Assembly: GCA_963749155.1 (NCBI GenBank)
Contig: CAVVLO010000005.1
Span: forward strand, 160,001 to 224,000
Origin: an uncultured Armatimonadia bacterium
Lineage (GTDB): Bacteria > Armatimonadota > Zipacnadia > CAVVLO01
Length of the DNA: 64,000 nt
Reading direction: 5' to 3'
The stretch's first letter is position 1, and each line of letters starts with the position of its first letter. The translations under genes were made by a program, and so were the position numbers. Shown here piece by piece: positions 28,112-37,980 of this stretch. Below the pieces are notes generated by a model. That model was not told the origin of the DNA and ran no database searches. It saw only the letters and a program-made list of their open reading frames with translations.

Positions 28112-30695
28112 ATGCGCGCACTTGCAATCATCGGCTTGATACTGGCCGCCTGGCTGGCGTTTGTTCCTGCTGTGGCTTTGGGACAGCGACTGCAGGCCTC
28201 ACTTGATGGCGACTGGCGGGTAGTCCTGGACGCTGAAAACACAGGGCTTGAGCAGCAGTGGTGGCTGGCTTTCCCTGCCAAAAGCGCCGAAGCTGTCTCT
28301 GCGCCTTTCTGCCTTGCCGAATATCGCTTTGCGACGGCTTACCGGGGCATCGCCTGGGCCAGACGCGATTTCACAGCCACTACGGCTTTACTGGGCAAGC
28401 GAGTGTGTCTGGTATTTGATTCGGCAGGTTGGCAACTAGACTGCTGGCTCAACGGGCAGGAGCTGGGTTCGCATCAGGGCGACCTTGGCGAGGTAGCTTT
28501 CGAGGTTACCAAGTACCTCAACTACGGGGGACCCAATCAGCTTGTCGTGCGCCTTGCGCCTCGCGAGGGGGGAGAGGGACTGGTCGGGCTTTACGGTTCA
28601 ACCTGGCTAGAGGGCACTGCTGCTGTCCAAATTGCTGCTCTCAAAGCTGCCTCGGATGCAGAGGGCAAGTTGCAGGTGTCCGTGCAGGTGGATAATCCTT
28701 TTGAAGTCGCCAGGACTGCGACTCTAAGCTTTACGGTGACCGATCCAGAAACGAAGACCGAGGTCGCAACAGCCCAGGTGAAGCTGACCGCCGAACCGGG
28801 TCTTTCAGAAACTCAAACAGAGCTCCTGCTGCCTTCGCCAACCCTCTGGAGTCCACTCAGGCCCTTCCTCTACAGGCTGGATGTGACTCTTGTGGACGAA
28901 GCTGGCGCCCAGGATTCATTGGATTTTGCCCTTGGCGCGTGCGATTTTGGGCAGGCAGACGGCCATTTTGTGCTGAATGGCAAGCCTTTGCCCCTGATAT
29001 CCGCCGAAATTGCGCCTTATTTCCCGGGCAGCTTCCGCAGAGCGCCGACGCCAGATTTTTGTGCAGCGCAGGTGGCGGCACTGAAAAAGACAGGCTTTAA
29101 CTGTCTTGCCGTGGAAGCGGCTTATGCCCCCAAAGAGCTGCTTGAGGCGGCCGATAAGCAGGGCCTTCTGGTACTGGTCAGGCCGGGCCCAGGCGAATCT
29201 GCCCAAAACCTTAACGAACAATTTGCTAATCATCCCGCTTTTGTGGCCTGGCTGCTGTCACCAGAGCAAGTTGAAGCCGGGGCCTTCGACGCTGGCCTTG
29301 ATCCGGCCAGGCTCAGGCTACTGGATACAGCCCTTCCAGTGGTAGAGGCAGGAGGGATGACCAATCTGCCCTCGGTGCTGGAAGCCTTCGGCAATCGCAA
29401 GTGGCTGCCCGATTATCTTTCCCTGAAAGCTGCCTACGAGGCAGCGGGGGAGAGCTGGCAGAGTGAGCGGCCTTGGCGAATTGTTTGGCACTTTGCCTGG
29501 ACTAGCTTCGGCCTTGCAGCGCGACCAGGGGCGCAGGCTAACCAGCAGCAGATTGACCAACTACGCGCGAGCACCGACTTTGCGGGCTACAGGCTGCGCT
29601 GGTGGCAAGACAATCCTGTAAACTGGACAAGTGGCCTGGTCGACCCCTGGGGCCAGCCTAAAGCCAGTGGCGCCCTGACGCGTGAAGCTAACCAGCCTGT
29701 GCGAGTGCTGCTCTCCACCTCGGCCGCGGCCCTCTGGCAAGGCCAGCCGGTGATGTACCAGGTGCAGATTGCCAACCTGGGACAGGACGCAGGCCCTGCA
29801 GAACTGCTGCTAACCTTCGAAAGTCCAAAGGGCAAAGTGCTGGAAGAACGGATGGTGCCGACTTTTCTTGAACCCAAAACACCAGTGAAACTGGTCACCG
29901 AGGGCGACCTGAGACTGACGACAGAGCCAGGCCAGTGTCGCCTGCTAGCGCGACTCTCCCAGGCGGGGAAGGAAATAGCCCGAACTGAGGCGCCACTGGT
30001 AGTGGTGGCCTCCGAGTCGCCTCCGGCCTCTCGAGTGCTTGTCCTGGATTATGGAAGCGACCTGCTACCGGCGCTCCAGAGGGCAGGCTACAACGCGGCA
30101 GAATTTGCAGACATAGATGATATCCAGGGCGCCAAACTTGCTCTCGTAGGCGCTCTGCCCGGACTTGCTGGCTGACCGCGACGCCTTCCGCAAGCTTGCG
30201 CAACTGAAGCTTTTTGCCGAAAACGGCGGAGTGGTATTTTTCACCTTGCCGGTTCGAGCTGACCTGGCCACCCAGGCGCTCGGGCTTCAGGCGCCAGAGG
30301 CCGCTGCCGATCCTGCGGCTTTGCCTCACTATCTGCGCAAGCATCCTCTGCTGGAAGGCCTGGCGCCAGGAGGGCTGGCGGGTCCAGAGCTGGACTCACT
30401 GTTTGGTCAGACGCTGATTGGCGCTTCGGGCGTTTCGCTTCTGGGCACTCTCAGTACCGATGGCACCACGCCAGGCGCCTGCCTGCTACTGCAACAGGTG
30501 GAGAAGGGCGGGTTGCTCTGGCACAGCCTGAATTTGCCTCAACCTGGCCGCGAGGGGCCTATCGCCCAGTTGCTTTGGAGCAACCTGGTGAAGTGGTCGG
30601 CTACTCTGGAAGTCTCTCCGGTCACGGTAGACCAGGATGCGCGGGGCGTCAGGCGCTTCGAGGCGGAACTGAGACGGCTTCAGGCTGACCGCTAG
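28112..30695 (+). CDS. Secreted GH2-like (beta-galactosidase/glucuronidase fold) protein; frameshift at ~30161 and probable compensating pair at ~29470-29530
   Basis: Signal peptide; SLDGDW, GIAWARRDF, WLNGQELGSHQG, LWSPLRPFLY, FVLNGKP, LKKTGFN, ADKQGLLV, NHPA. ORF 30165..30695 continues the protein if one G is removed from 'cccggactt'. Confidence 0.72.
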
Positions 30696-31348
30696 AAGAG
30701 CCCTAACTGGCCGGGTTCTTCTTCGCGCACAGGTTCGGTGGCTTCAGGGATTGGCGGGGCGACTTCCGATTTCGGGCGAGGCGCTGGTTCGCCCGTTAGC
30801 AAGCGGCGCAAGGCGTCAAAATCGCCTTCGAGAGCTTCCATAGGCACTGTTTCGCGCAGGATGGCGGCTGGATGGAAGACGGGCAGATAGGTGATGCCCT
30901 CTTTCTCGAGAGGCACTCCATGCTGCCTGGTGATTCGGAAGTCGGGGGAGAGCAAGGTTTTGGCTGCCGGCGAGCCGATGCACACGATGATCTCAGGCTG
31001 GATGGCGGCTATCTGAGCGATGAGCCAGTCATTGCAGGCGGCTATCTCTTCGGTGGTAGGAGTGCGGTTGCCAGGGGGCCTGCACTTGACCACATTGGTG
31101 ATGAAGACCTCCTCGCGCCTGAGCCCAGCCCGAGCGAGCAGCTTGTCGAGGAGTTGCCCTGCGGCTCCAACAAAGGGCCTGCCGCTTTCATCTTCCTGGG
31201 CGCCAGGTCCTTCGCCAATAAGCATTACGCGGGCATCAGAGGCGCCTTCCCCTGGCACGGCCTGGGTCCTGCCCTGGGCAAGCGGGCAGCGTTCGCATTT
31301 GCAGATAGCCAGGGCCAGCCTGGCCAGCAGTTCACTCGAGAAGGCCAA
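30692..31348 (-). CDS. udg: Family 4 uracil-DNA glycosylase (4Fe-4S)
   Basis: CERCPL, IGEGPG..ED, GRPFVG, TNVVKCRPPGNR, FHPAA. Confidence 0.93.
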   Translation of the reverse strand: MAFSSELLARLALAICKCERCPLAQGRTQAVPGEGASDARVMLIGEGPGAQEDESGRPFVGAAGQLLDKLLARAGLRREEVFITNVVKCRPPGNRTPTTEEIAACNDWLIAQIAAIQPEIIVCIGSPAAKTLLSPDFRITRQHGVPLEKEGITYLPVFHPAAILRETVPMEALEGDFDALRRLLTGEPAPRPKSEVAPPIPEATEPVREEEPGQLGLF

Positions 31349-32237
31349 GCCCTTCCATCACCTTGCGCACCGTGGCTGCCGTTTTCTCATCCAGCGGCAC
31401 TAGTGGCTGCCTGTAGTAGACCGGCTGGTCCATTATAAGCCCGAGGGCATATTTTACAGGGACCGGATTGACGCTGGTCTTGGGGAAGAGCACCTGATAG
31501 ACGGGCGAGATATCCTGGTTGATGCGCGCGGCGGCCTCTACCTGGCCGGCGGCGAACAGCTTCACCATTGCAGCCATCTCGCGCCCTACGATATGCGAGG
31601 CTACACTGATGATGCCATAACCCCCAACCGCCATCACGGGGAGGGTGTCCGCGTCATTACCGCTCCAGACGATGAAATCTTCGATGTCGCGCGTCAGCCG
31701 GCAGACTTCGGTTATCTGACCAAGCTGGCCGCTGGCTTCTTTGGCGCCGCGGATGTTGGGAGTAGCCTCGGCGCAGCGCAGCACGGTCTCCGCTTCGACA
31801 TTGCAGGCGGTGCGGCCGGGCACATTGTAGATGGTACAAGGGAGGCTGGTAGCCCTGGCAATGGCCGCGAAATGCTGAAAAAGCCCTTCCTGGGGCGGCC
31901 TGTTGTAATAGGGTGTGACCATCAGGATGCCATCGGCGCCGACCGCTTCTGCCTTTTCGGTAAGCTCAATCGAGCCCTGCGTGTTGTTGCTGCAGGTGCC
32001 GGCCATAATCTTGGCCCGGTCGCCGACCGCCGCTTTCACGACCTCGACAAGCTTCAGTTTTTCTTCCGAAGAGAGGGTAGGTGATTCTCCCGTCGTGCCT
32101 GATACGACCAGCCCTTCGCTGCCACTGTCGACAAGCAGCGAGGCAACCTCGGCTGCCGCGTCATAGTCCACGCTCAGGTCTTCCTTGAAAGGAGTGACCA
32201 TCGCAGTCAGTAATCTTCCGAAGTCCCGCGCCTGCAT
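31332..32237 (-). CDS. dapA: 4-hydroxy-tetrahydrodipicolinate synthase
   Basis: AMVTPF, GTTGESPTL, VTPYYN, YNVPGRT, Schiff-base KEASG, NPVPVK. Confidence 0.96.
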   Translation of the reverse strand: MQARDFGRLLTAMVTPFKEDLSVDYDAAAEVASLLVDSGSEGLVVSGTTGESPTLSSEEKLKLVEVVKAAVGDRAKIMAGTCSNNTQGSIELTEKAEAVGADGILMVTPYYNRPPQEGLFQHFAAIARATSLPCTIYNVPGRTACNVEAETVLRCAEATPNIRGAKEASGQLGQITEVCRLTRDIEDFIVWSGNDADTLPVMAVGGYGIISVASHIVGREMAAMVKLFAAGQVEAAARINQDISPVYQVLFPKTSVNPVPVKYALGLIMDQPVYYRQPLVPLDEKTAATVRKVMEGLGLLE

Positions 32238-32253
32238 TGCGAGTCTCCTCCAC

Positions 32254-33276
32254 TTACTTCTGTGGAATCAAACCTCTCTCGATCATTGTCTCTGCTATCT
32301 GGATGGCGTTGGTAGCGGCTCCCTTGCGCAGATTATCGGAGACCACCCACATCGCCAGCCCGTGCTCTACAGAAGGGTCCTTCCTTATTCGACCTACGTA
32401 GGTCTCATCCCTGCCAGAGGCCTCAATTGGCATTGGATATACGGCGGAGGCGAGGTCGTCCTGCACGATGAGATTGGGCGCCTGGCTCAGAGCCGCCAGC
32501 GCGTCCTCAACACTTACAGGGCCATCGAACTCGACGCTTACCGACTCGGAGTGGCTGTTGTAAACAGGCACTCGCACACAAGTGGCGCATACCCGGATGC
32601 TGGCGTCATCGAAGATGCGCTGGGTCTCGCGCACCATTTTTTCTTCTTCGGTAGTGAAGCCTGCCAGCGTCTCGTCCTTGCATAGAGAGCCGATATGGGG
32701 CAGCAGGTTGCCAGCTATCTGATGGGGATAGACCTTGACCTCGACTTGCTCTCCCTTTACCAGCGCCGCGTTCTGGGCAGCAAGCTCGTCAATCGCATCG
32801 CGGCCAGTGCCCGAGACAGCCTGATAACTCGATACCACGATGCGAGTTATGTTCGCCAGCTTCCTCAGAGGATGCAGGGCGACAAGCATCTGGATAGTCG
32901 AGCAATTGGGATTGGCGATGACTTTGTTGTGGTCGTCCAGCGCCTCGGGATTAACTTCGGGCACGACCAGCGGGCAGCGCTCATCCATCCGGAAAGTGGC
33001 GCTGTTGTCCACTACGACGGTGCCCCACTTCTCCGCGATGGGGAAGGCGTAATCCTTGGAGGCTTCCTCGCCGCTGGCAAACAGCGCGATGTCTACCCCT
33101 TCGAAATCGTCGATCTCGGTCTTGCGTACCTCGTAAGTCTTGCCACCTGCTTCGATTGGGCGAGGTGTGCGGGCAAAAACCCGAATCTCATCGGCTGGAA
33201 AATTACGCTCCTCCAGCACCTCGAGCATTGTCTTGCCAACTGCGCCAACGCCTACGACTGCAACCGTGTAACCCAT
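32254..33276 (-). CDS. asd: Aspartate-semialdehyde dehydrogenase
   Basis: VDNSATFRM, PLVVPEVN, IANPNCST, YQAVSGTG, CVRVPV, DNLRKGAATNA. Confidence 0.96.
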   Translation of the reverse strand: MGYTVAVVGVGAVGKTMLEVLEERNFPADEIRVFARTPRPIEAGGKTYEVRKTEIDDFEGVDIALFASGEEASKDYAFPIAEKWGTVVVDNSATFRMDERCPLVVPEVNPEALDDHNKVIANPNCSTIQMLVALHPLRKLANITRIVVSSYQAVSGTGRDAIDELAAQNAALVKGEQVEVKVYPHQIAGNLLPHIGSLCKDETLAGFTTEEEKMVRETQRIFDDASIRVCATCVRVPVYNSHSESVSVEFDGPVSVEDALAALSQAPNLIVQDDLASAVYPMPIEASGRDETYVGRIRKDPSVEHGLAMWVVSDNLRKGAATNAIQIAETMIERGLIPQK

Positions 33277-33293
33277 CAGGCCAATCGCTCCTC

Positions 33294-34106
33294 TCAGCCC
33301 TGCGAGAGCAGTATGTCTCGCAGGCTCGTAGTCAAGCCCTTGTTCTTCATAACATAACGCACAGCCATTAAGACTCCAGGCATAAAACTTTCCCGGCTGG
33401 TGCTCTCGTGTTTGATGGTAAGCACCTCGCCAGTATCGCTAAACATAACTTCCTGGTTGGCGACATAACCCGGCAGTCTGACACTGTGGACAGGCACGCC
33501 ACTTGCGGCCAGGCCGCGCGCCGCGACTTCAGGGCCTGGCGGTTTGGCGGGGATAAAACCTGCCTTCGCGCGGGCCTCCTGGATAAGTTCGGCGGTAAGC
33601 AGCGCCGTGCCGCTAGGGGCGTCCTTCTTCTTCTCGTGGTGCAACTCGATGATCTCGGCATAGGGATAATGCTTCGCCGCAAGCTCTGCGGCCAGCATCA
33701 TCAGGTTGGCGCCAAGCGAGAAGTTGGGACAGACAACCGCGCCAAGGCGCTTCTGCTCGACCAGGGCCTGAACCTCGTCCAGGGTGGCCTCGCCAATACC
33801 CGTAGTGCCGACGACCAGTCTTACCCCTTTGTTCAGCGCCGCGATCATATTGGGGCGCACGACATCGGGGATTGTGAAGTCAATCATTACATCCGGCTCG
33901 CCGCGCCCGATTGCGCATTCGAGGTCGCTGACGATGGGGGTGCCTGTGACTTCGCCCCCGGCCAGCTCGCCGGCGTCTCTGCCGACCTCGCGGTTGTCCA
34001 CCGCAGCTACCACTTTCATATCAGGCGCTTTACGCACGGCCTGGGTTACAAAACGACCCATCTGCCCCGCTGCGCCGCAAACCAGCACTCGAATATAATC
34101 CGCCAT
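33294..34106 (-). CDS. dapB: 4-hydroxy-tetrahydrodipicolinate reductase
   Basis: GAAGQMG, IDFT, VGTTG, PNFSLG, ELHHEKKKDAPSGTA, HSVRLPG. Confidence 0.96.
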   Translation of the reverse strand: MADYIRVLVCGAAGQMGRFVTQAVRKAPDMKVVAAVDNREVGRDAGELAGGEVTGTPIVSDLECAIGRGEPDVMIDFTIPDVVRPNMIAALNKGVRLVVGTTGIGEATLDEVQALVEQKRLGAVVCPNFSLGANLMMLAAELAAKHYPYAEIIELHHEKKKDAPSGTALLTAELIQEARAKAGFIPAKPPGPEVAARGLAASGVPVHSVRLPGYVANQEVMFSDTGEVLTIKHESTSRESFMPGVLMAVRYVMKNKGLTTSLRDILLSQG

Positions 34107-34160
34107 TGGTCTCCCTCCAGCTCGGAGGCGCTCAGCCAGTAGACTGAGATATTGAAACAA

Positions 34161-34191
34161 GACCCCCGACGCAGTGGTGCCATCGGGGGTC
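34161..34191 (-). terminator. Hairpin terminator downstream of pnp
   Basis: GACCCCCGA/TCGGGGGTC 9-bp stem, followed on the minus strand by TTGTTT. Confidence 0.65.
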
Positions 34192-34208
34192 CTGCCTGCT
34201 AGTGTCTC

Positions 34209-36431
34209 TTAGCGATTCCTGCTTCCGCCGGACCTGCCGCCGCCACTGCCACCACGTCGGTCGCCGCCGCCACTACCGCCGCGCCGGTCACCGCCCCGGT
34301 CACTACCGCGGTCACTGCGTTCGCGCTCGGGGCGCTCGACATAGCCTTCCGGCTTGGGCGTGAGCTCTTTCATCGAAAGACGCACCCGGCCCAGGTCGTC
34401 GACTTCTATGATCTTGACCTCTACCTCATCGCCGATATGCAGCCTGTCTTCGACTTTCTCGACGCGTTCCCAGGAGATGTGCGAGACGTGCAGCAATCCA
34501 TCCTTGCCTGGAGCTATCTCGACGAAGGCCCCGTAAGGCTCGATGCGCACGACTTTACCCATCGTAACGAGGCCAGGCTCGGGATCGTGGGTCATCGCGT
34601 CGATGATGGCGATGGCCTTGTCCGCGTCTTCCTTGTTGAGAGCGGCGACGTAGACGGTGCCATCGTCTTCGATGTCGATGGTAGTATTGGTCTCTTCGAT
34701 GATCTTCTTGATGGTCTTGCCGCCTGGGCCAATGACCAGACCGATCTTCTCGCGGTCAATATGCAGGCTGAAGATGCGCGGCGCGAACGGCGAAAGATCG
34801 GCGCGCGGCTCGGAAATGACGTCGCGGATCTTGCCAATGATGTGCAGGCGGCCCTTGCGAGCGCGCTCGAACACCTCGGCCAGGAGCTGCTCGGGCAGGC
34901 CCTTGATTTTCATGTCGAGATGCATTGCCGTGACGCCTTTCTCGGTGCCGGCAATTTTGCAGTCCATGTCGCCGAGGAAATCCTCGAGCGCCATAATGTC
35001 AGTCATCAGGACGTACCGGTCCTCGTCAGTAACGAGGCCCATCGCGACCCCTGCGACAATGGCGGTGATCGGCACGCCCGCGTCCATCAAGGCCAGCGTC
35101 GAGCCGCATACAGCGCCCATCGAAGTGGAGCCGTTCGACTCTAATACTTCAGACACCAGACGGACCGTATAGGGGAAGGCTTCCTTGGTTGGAAGAACGG
35201 GCATCAGGGCTTTCTCGGCCAGGGAACCGTGACCGATTTCGCGCCTGCGCGGGCCCATCATCCGGCCGGTCTCGCCAGCGGAGAAGGGAGGGAAGTTGTA
35301 GTGATGCATATAGGTCTTGTCAGGCGCTTCGAGCATCGTATCGACGACCTGCGCCGAGCCGATGGTCGCTAGCGTCGCGACCGTCAGCACCTGGGTCTCG
35401 CCGCGCTGGAAAAGTCCGGCGCCATGCACGCGCGGCAGGAAGCCGACTTTGCACATAATGTCGCGCACTTCTTCAATGCCGCGGCCATCAGCGCGCACGC
35501 CGTGTTCCATAATAGACTTGCGAAGCTCGACTTTAATGACATCGTCGATAGCCTCTGAGACCTCGAAGCCCCGCTCGGCGTATTCGTCGCCCAGTTCGGT
35601 TTTGATACGCTTGTCAAGCGCGCTGAGGGCTGCGCTGCGCGCTTCCTTCGTCTTTATGAACAGTGCGGTCTTCAGGTCTTCGGTGTATTTCTGACCGATG
35701 AGAGTCTTAAGGGTCTCGTCTTTCTCGGGTTCGGTGAAAACAACCTTGGGCCGGGCGACCTTCGCGGCGATAGCTTCGATGGCGTCAAGCAGCGGGGGCA
35801 GTTGCTCCCAGGCAAACTTGATGGCGCCAAGTACAATCGGCTCGGGCAACTGCTCGGCTTCGATCTCGATGGTCAGCAGGCCGTCACGATGGCCCGCCAC
35901 TATCATGTGGAGCTCGCTGGCTTCCTGCTGAGCCGCGTCGGGGAAGGCGATATACTCGCCTTCGACATATGCGATGGGAAGAGCAGCTACCGCGGCATAT
36001 ATGGGTGCCTGCGAGGCCATCAAGGCCGCACTGGCGCCGATGATACCGAGGGCTGGCAGCGAGGTGTCATTGTCTACGGAAAGGGGCGAAACCACTACCT
36101 GCATATCTCTGCGGAACTTCTTGGGGAAGAGGGGGCGAAGCGGCCTGTCGATAAGCCTGGCCATCAAAGTGGCGGCCTCGCTTGGGCGTCCCTCGCGCTT
36201 GATGAAGCCGCCGGGGAGCTTGCCCGCTGCATACATCCTCTCTTCGACATCGACGGTGAAGGGCAGGAAATCGGTGTCGCGGTCTTCGTCTGAGACGCAA
36301 GCGGTGCAGAGCACTACGCTGTCTCCGTGACGAACGACCATTGAGCCGCCCGCCTGTTTGGCCAGTTCGCCAGTCTCAATTATGAGGGGCTTGCCTGCCA
36401 GTGTTAGTTCTACTTTCTCCATTCTACTCAA
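34209..36431 (-). CDS. pnp: Polyribonucleotide nucleotidyltransferase (PNPase)
   Basis: Two RNase PH domains (RLIDRPLRPLF; RREIGHG; ESNGSTSM), KH (IGPGGKTI), S1, and an RGG-rich tail. Confidence 0.98.
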   Translation of the reverse strand: MSRMEKVELTLAGKPLIIETGELAKQAGGSMVVRHGDSVVLCTACVSDEDRDTDFLPFTVDVEERMYAAGKLPGGFIKREGRPSEAATLMARLIDRPLRPLFPKKFRRDMQVVVSPLSVDNDTSLPALGIIGASAALMASQAPIYAAVAALPIAYVEGEYIAFPDAAQQEASELHMIVAGHRDGLLTIEIEAEQLPEPIVLGAIKFAWEQLPPLLDAIEAIAAKVARPKVVFTEPEKDETLKTLIGQKYTEDLKTALFIKTKEARSAALSALDKRIKTELGDEYAERGFEVSEAIDDVIKVELRKSIMEHGVRADGRGIEEVRDIMCKVGFLPRVHGAGLFQRGETQVLTVATLATIGSAQVVDTMLEAPDKTYMHHYNFPPFSAGETGRMMGPRRREIGHGSLAEKALMPVLPTKEAFPYTVRLVSEVLESNGSTSMGAVCGSTLALMDAGVPITAIVAGVAMGLVTDEDRYVLMTDIMALEDFLGDMDCKIAGTEKGVTAMHLDMKIKGLPEQLLAEVFERARKGRLHIIGKIRDVISEPRADLSPFAPRIFSLHIDREKIGLVIGPGGKTIKKIIEETNTTIDIEDDGTVYVAALNKEDADKAIAIIDAMTHDPEPGLVTMGKVVRIEPYGAFVEIAPGKDGLLHVSHISWERVEKVEDRLHIGDEVEVKIIEVDDLGRVRLSMKELTPKPEGYVERPERERSDRGSDRGGDRRGGSGGGDRRGGSGGGRSGGSRNR

Positions 36432-36489
36432 CGCTTCCTCCTGGGGCTCTCTTGGCCCCTCCTTAAGCCGCCAGCAACAACTAACAGCA

Positions 36490-36580
36490 CCTCTCCCCGG
36501 CGGCGGGGGAAGAGGCCCTGGGTTCCTGTGCTAACCGAGAGGCTTCCTTGTCGGATAACTACTCTCGGAACATACCAGGG
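36490..36580 (-). promoter_or_regulatory. Structured pnp leader (long stem-loop plus second hairpin)
   Basis: CCCTGG/CCAGGG and CCGAGAG/CTCTCGG nested complementarity at 36516-36580; CCTCTCCCC/GGGGAAGAGG hairpin at 36490-36515. Confidence 0.5.
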
Positions 36581-36587
36581 AACAGAA

Positions 36588-36614
36588 CTCCCGGCCCGCT
36601 TTGCGGACCGGGAG
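36588..36614 (-). terminator. Hairpin after rpsO
   Basis: CTCCCGG...CCGGGAG stem immediately after the rpsO stop, followed by TTCTGTT on the minus strand. Confidence 0.55.
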
Positions 36615-36625
36615 CAGGACAGGTT

Positions 36626-36892
36626 TTAGCGACGCAGACCGAGGCGCTGGATAAGATCGCGATAACGCTTCGAGTCCGTGCGCTCCAGATAACGTAGCAT
36701 GCGGCGGCGCTCGCCAACCATAACAAGCAGACCGCGGCGGGAGTGGTAGTCCTTCTTGTGCAGCTTGAGGTGCTCTGTAAGCTGGCTGATACGCGTGGTA
36801 AGCAGAGCGACCTGCACTTCGGGTGAGCCGGTATCGTTATCAGCAAGACGATATTGCTTGATGACCTCGGCTTTCTCTTCAACTGTAAGCAC
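36626..36892 (-). CDS. rpsO: 30S ribosomal protein S15
   Basis: [13 protein letters not shown]...[12 protein letters not shown]...LGLRR; GTG start after AGGAGGA. Confidence 0.98.
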   Translation of the reverse strand: MLTVEEKAEVIKQYRLADNDTGSPEVQVALLTTRISQLTEHLKLHKKDYHSRRGLLVMVGERRRMLRYLERTDSKRYRDLIQRLGLRR

Positions 36893-36909
36893 TGTTTTCT
36901 CCTCCTGTC

Positions 36910-36975
36910 TCGGTAAACCGTGCTCGCGCCAGGCGCTGAGCCACAGTAAACCGTCTGCGCGTAGGATAGCACAAG
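36910..36975 (-). promoter_or_regulatory. rpsO promoter (extended -10) and candidate S15 autoregulatory leader
   Basis: Minus strand TGTGCTATCCT, then CGGT-TTACTGTG-GCTC-AGCGCCTGGCGC-GAGC-ACGGT-TTACCG stem-loop just before the RBS. Confidence 0.55.
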
Positions 36976-37071
36976 GCGCCTTCGGGGTAAAGTCAGCCCG
37001 TCCTTCGGCAGGCGGCCTTCTAACTAACCTCTCGCGGTGCTAAAATCCTGTGTGGAGGAGGCGAGCTGGCA

Positions 37072-37971
37072 GTGAAGACTATTGCGAGCATCTCCCTTGG
37101 CTCAAGCACGCGTGATTTTGAGGTCGAGGCCGAGTTTGGCGGGCAGCAGTTCAGGTTGCTCAGGCTTGGCACCGATGGCAGTCTTGGGGAATATAGACGT
37201 CTCCTCGAGGAATGGGACGAGAAAGCTGATGTGCTGGCGCTTGGAGGCATCGACCTTTACGTGCGCCAGGGGCAGCGGGTTTATACTTTTCGGGATGCGG
37301 CGCGACTTGCCAAAGGGCTGAAAAAGCCTGTCGTAGATGGCTCGGGCCTCAAGGCTACCCTCGAGCGCAACGCGGTGCGCTCACTGGCCGAGCAGGGAGT
37401 GCTCAAGTTTGAGGGGCTGCCAGTGTTGCTGGTTGCCGGCATCGACCGGTTTGGCCTGGCCGAGGAATTGCGCGACCGCCACTGCGACCTGGTACTGGGC
37501 GATATGATGTTCGCTCTTGGAGTGCCAGTGGCCTTCACCCGCTGGTGGCAGTTCCTTGTGGCAGGCAAGTTATTACTTCCGATAATCGTGCGTTTGCCGT
37601 TCAAGTGGATATATCCCACAGGCGAAAAGCAGGAAACGACCAAACCGCGCTTTGGCAAGTGGTACAAGTGGGCCGAGTTGATCTGTGGCGACTTCCATTT
37701 TATTCGCAAGTATCTGCCCGAGAGGCTCGAGGGCAAGTATATACTTACCAATACAATCACTTCAGCGGATCGGCAGTTGCTGAAGGAGCGCGGGCTCAAG
37801 GCGCTTATAACCACAACCCCAAGTTTTGGAGGACGCAGCTCGGGCACCAATGTCCTCGAAGGGGTTGTGTTGTTGCTGTCAGGGGCGACCCAGTACGACC
37901 CAGCCAGGTATGAAGCAGTGCTGGATGAATTGAAACTGCAGCCAGAGGTTAGCTGGCTGCAGGAAGGATAA
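37072..37971 (+). CDS. Conserved protein of unknown function (family recalled as often labelled 'quinate 5-dehydrogenase'), partner of the downstream reductase-like gene
   Basis: SISLGSSTRD, RLGTDG, GGIDLY, VVDGSGLKATLE, DRFG, GDMMFALG, YPTG, GDFHFI, TTP..GGRSSGTN; GTG start after GGAGGAGG. Confidence 0.7.
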   Translation: MKTIASISLGSSTRDFEVEAEFGGQQFRLLRLGTDGSLGEYRRLLEEWDEKADVLALGGIDLYVRQGQRVYTFRDAARLAKGLKKPVVDGSGLKATLERNAVRSLAEQGVLKFEGLPVLLVAGIDRFGLAEELRDRHCDLVLGDMMFALGVPVAFTRWWQFLVAGKLLLPIIVRLPFKWIYPTGEKQETTKPRFGKWYKWAELICGDFHFIRKYLPERLEGKYILTNTITSADRQLLKERGLKALITTTPSFGGRSSGTNVLEGVVLLLSGATQYDPARYEAVLDELKLQPEVSWLQEG

Positions 37972-37980
37972 TCCAGGTCT

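Noticed and set aside
34209..34340. GC-rich repeats (CCGCCGCCACT)
   Set aside because: They encode the common RGG/GGDRR disordered tail of PNPase.
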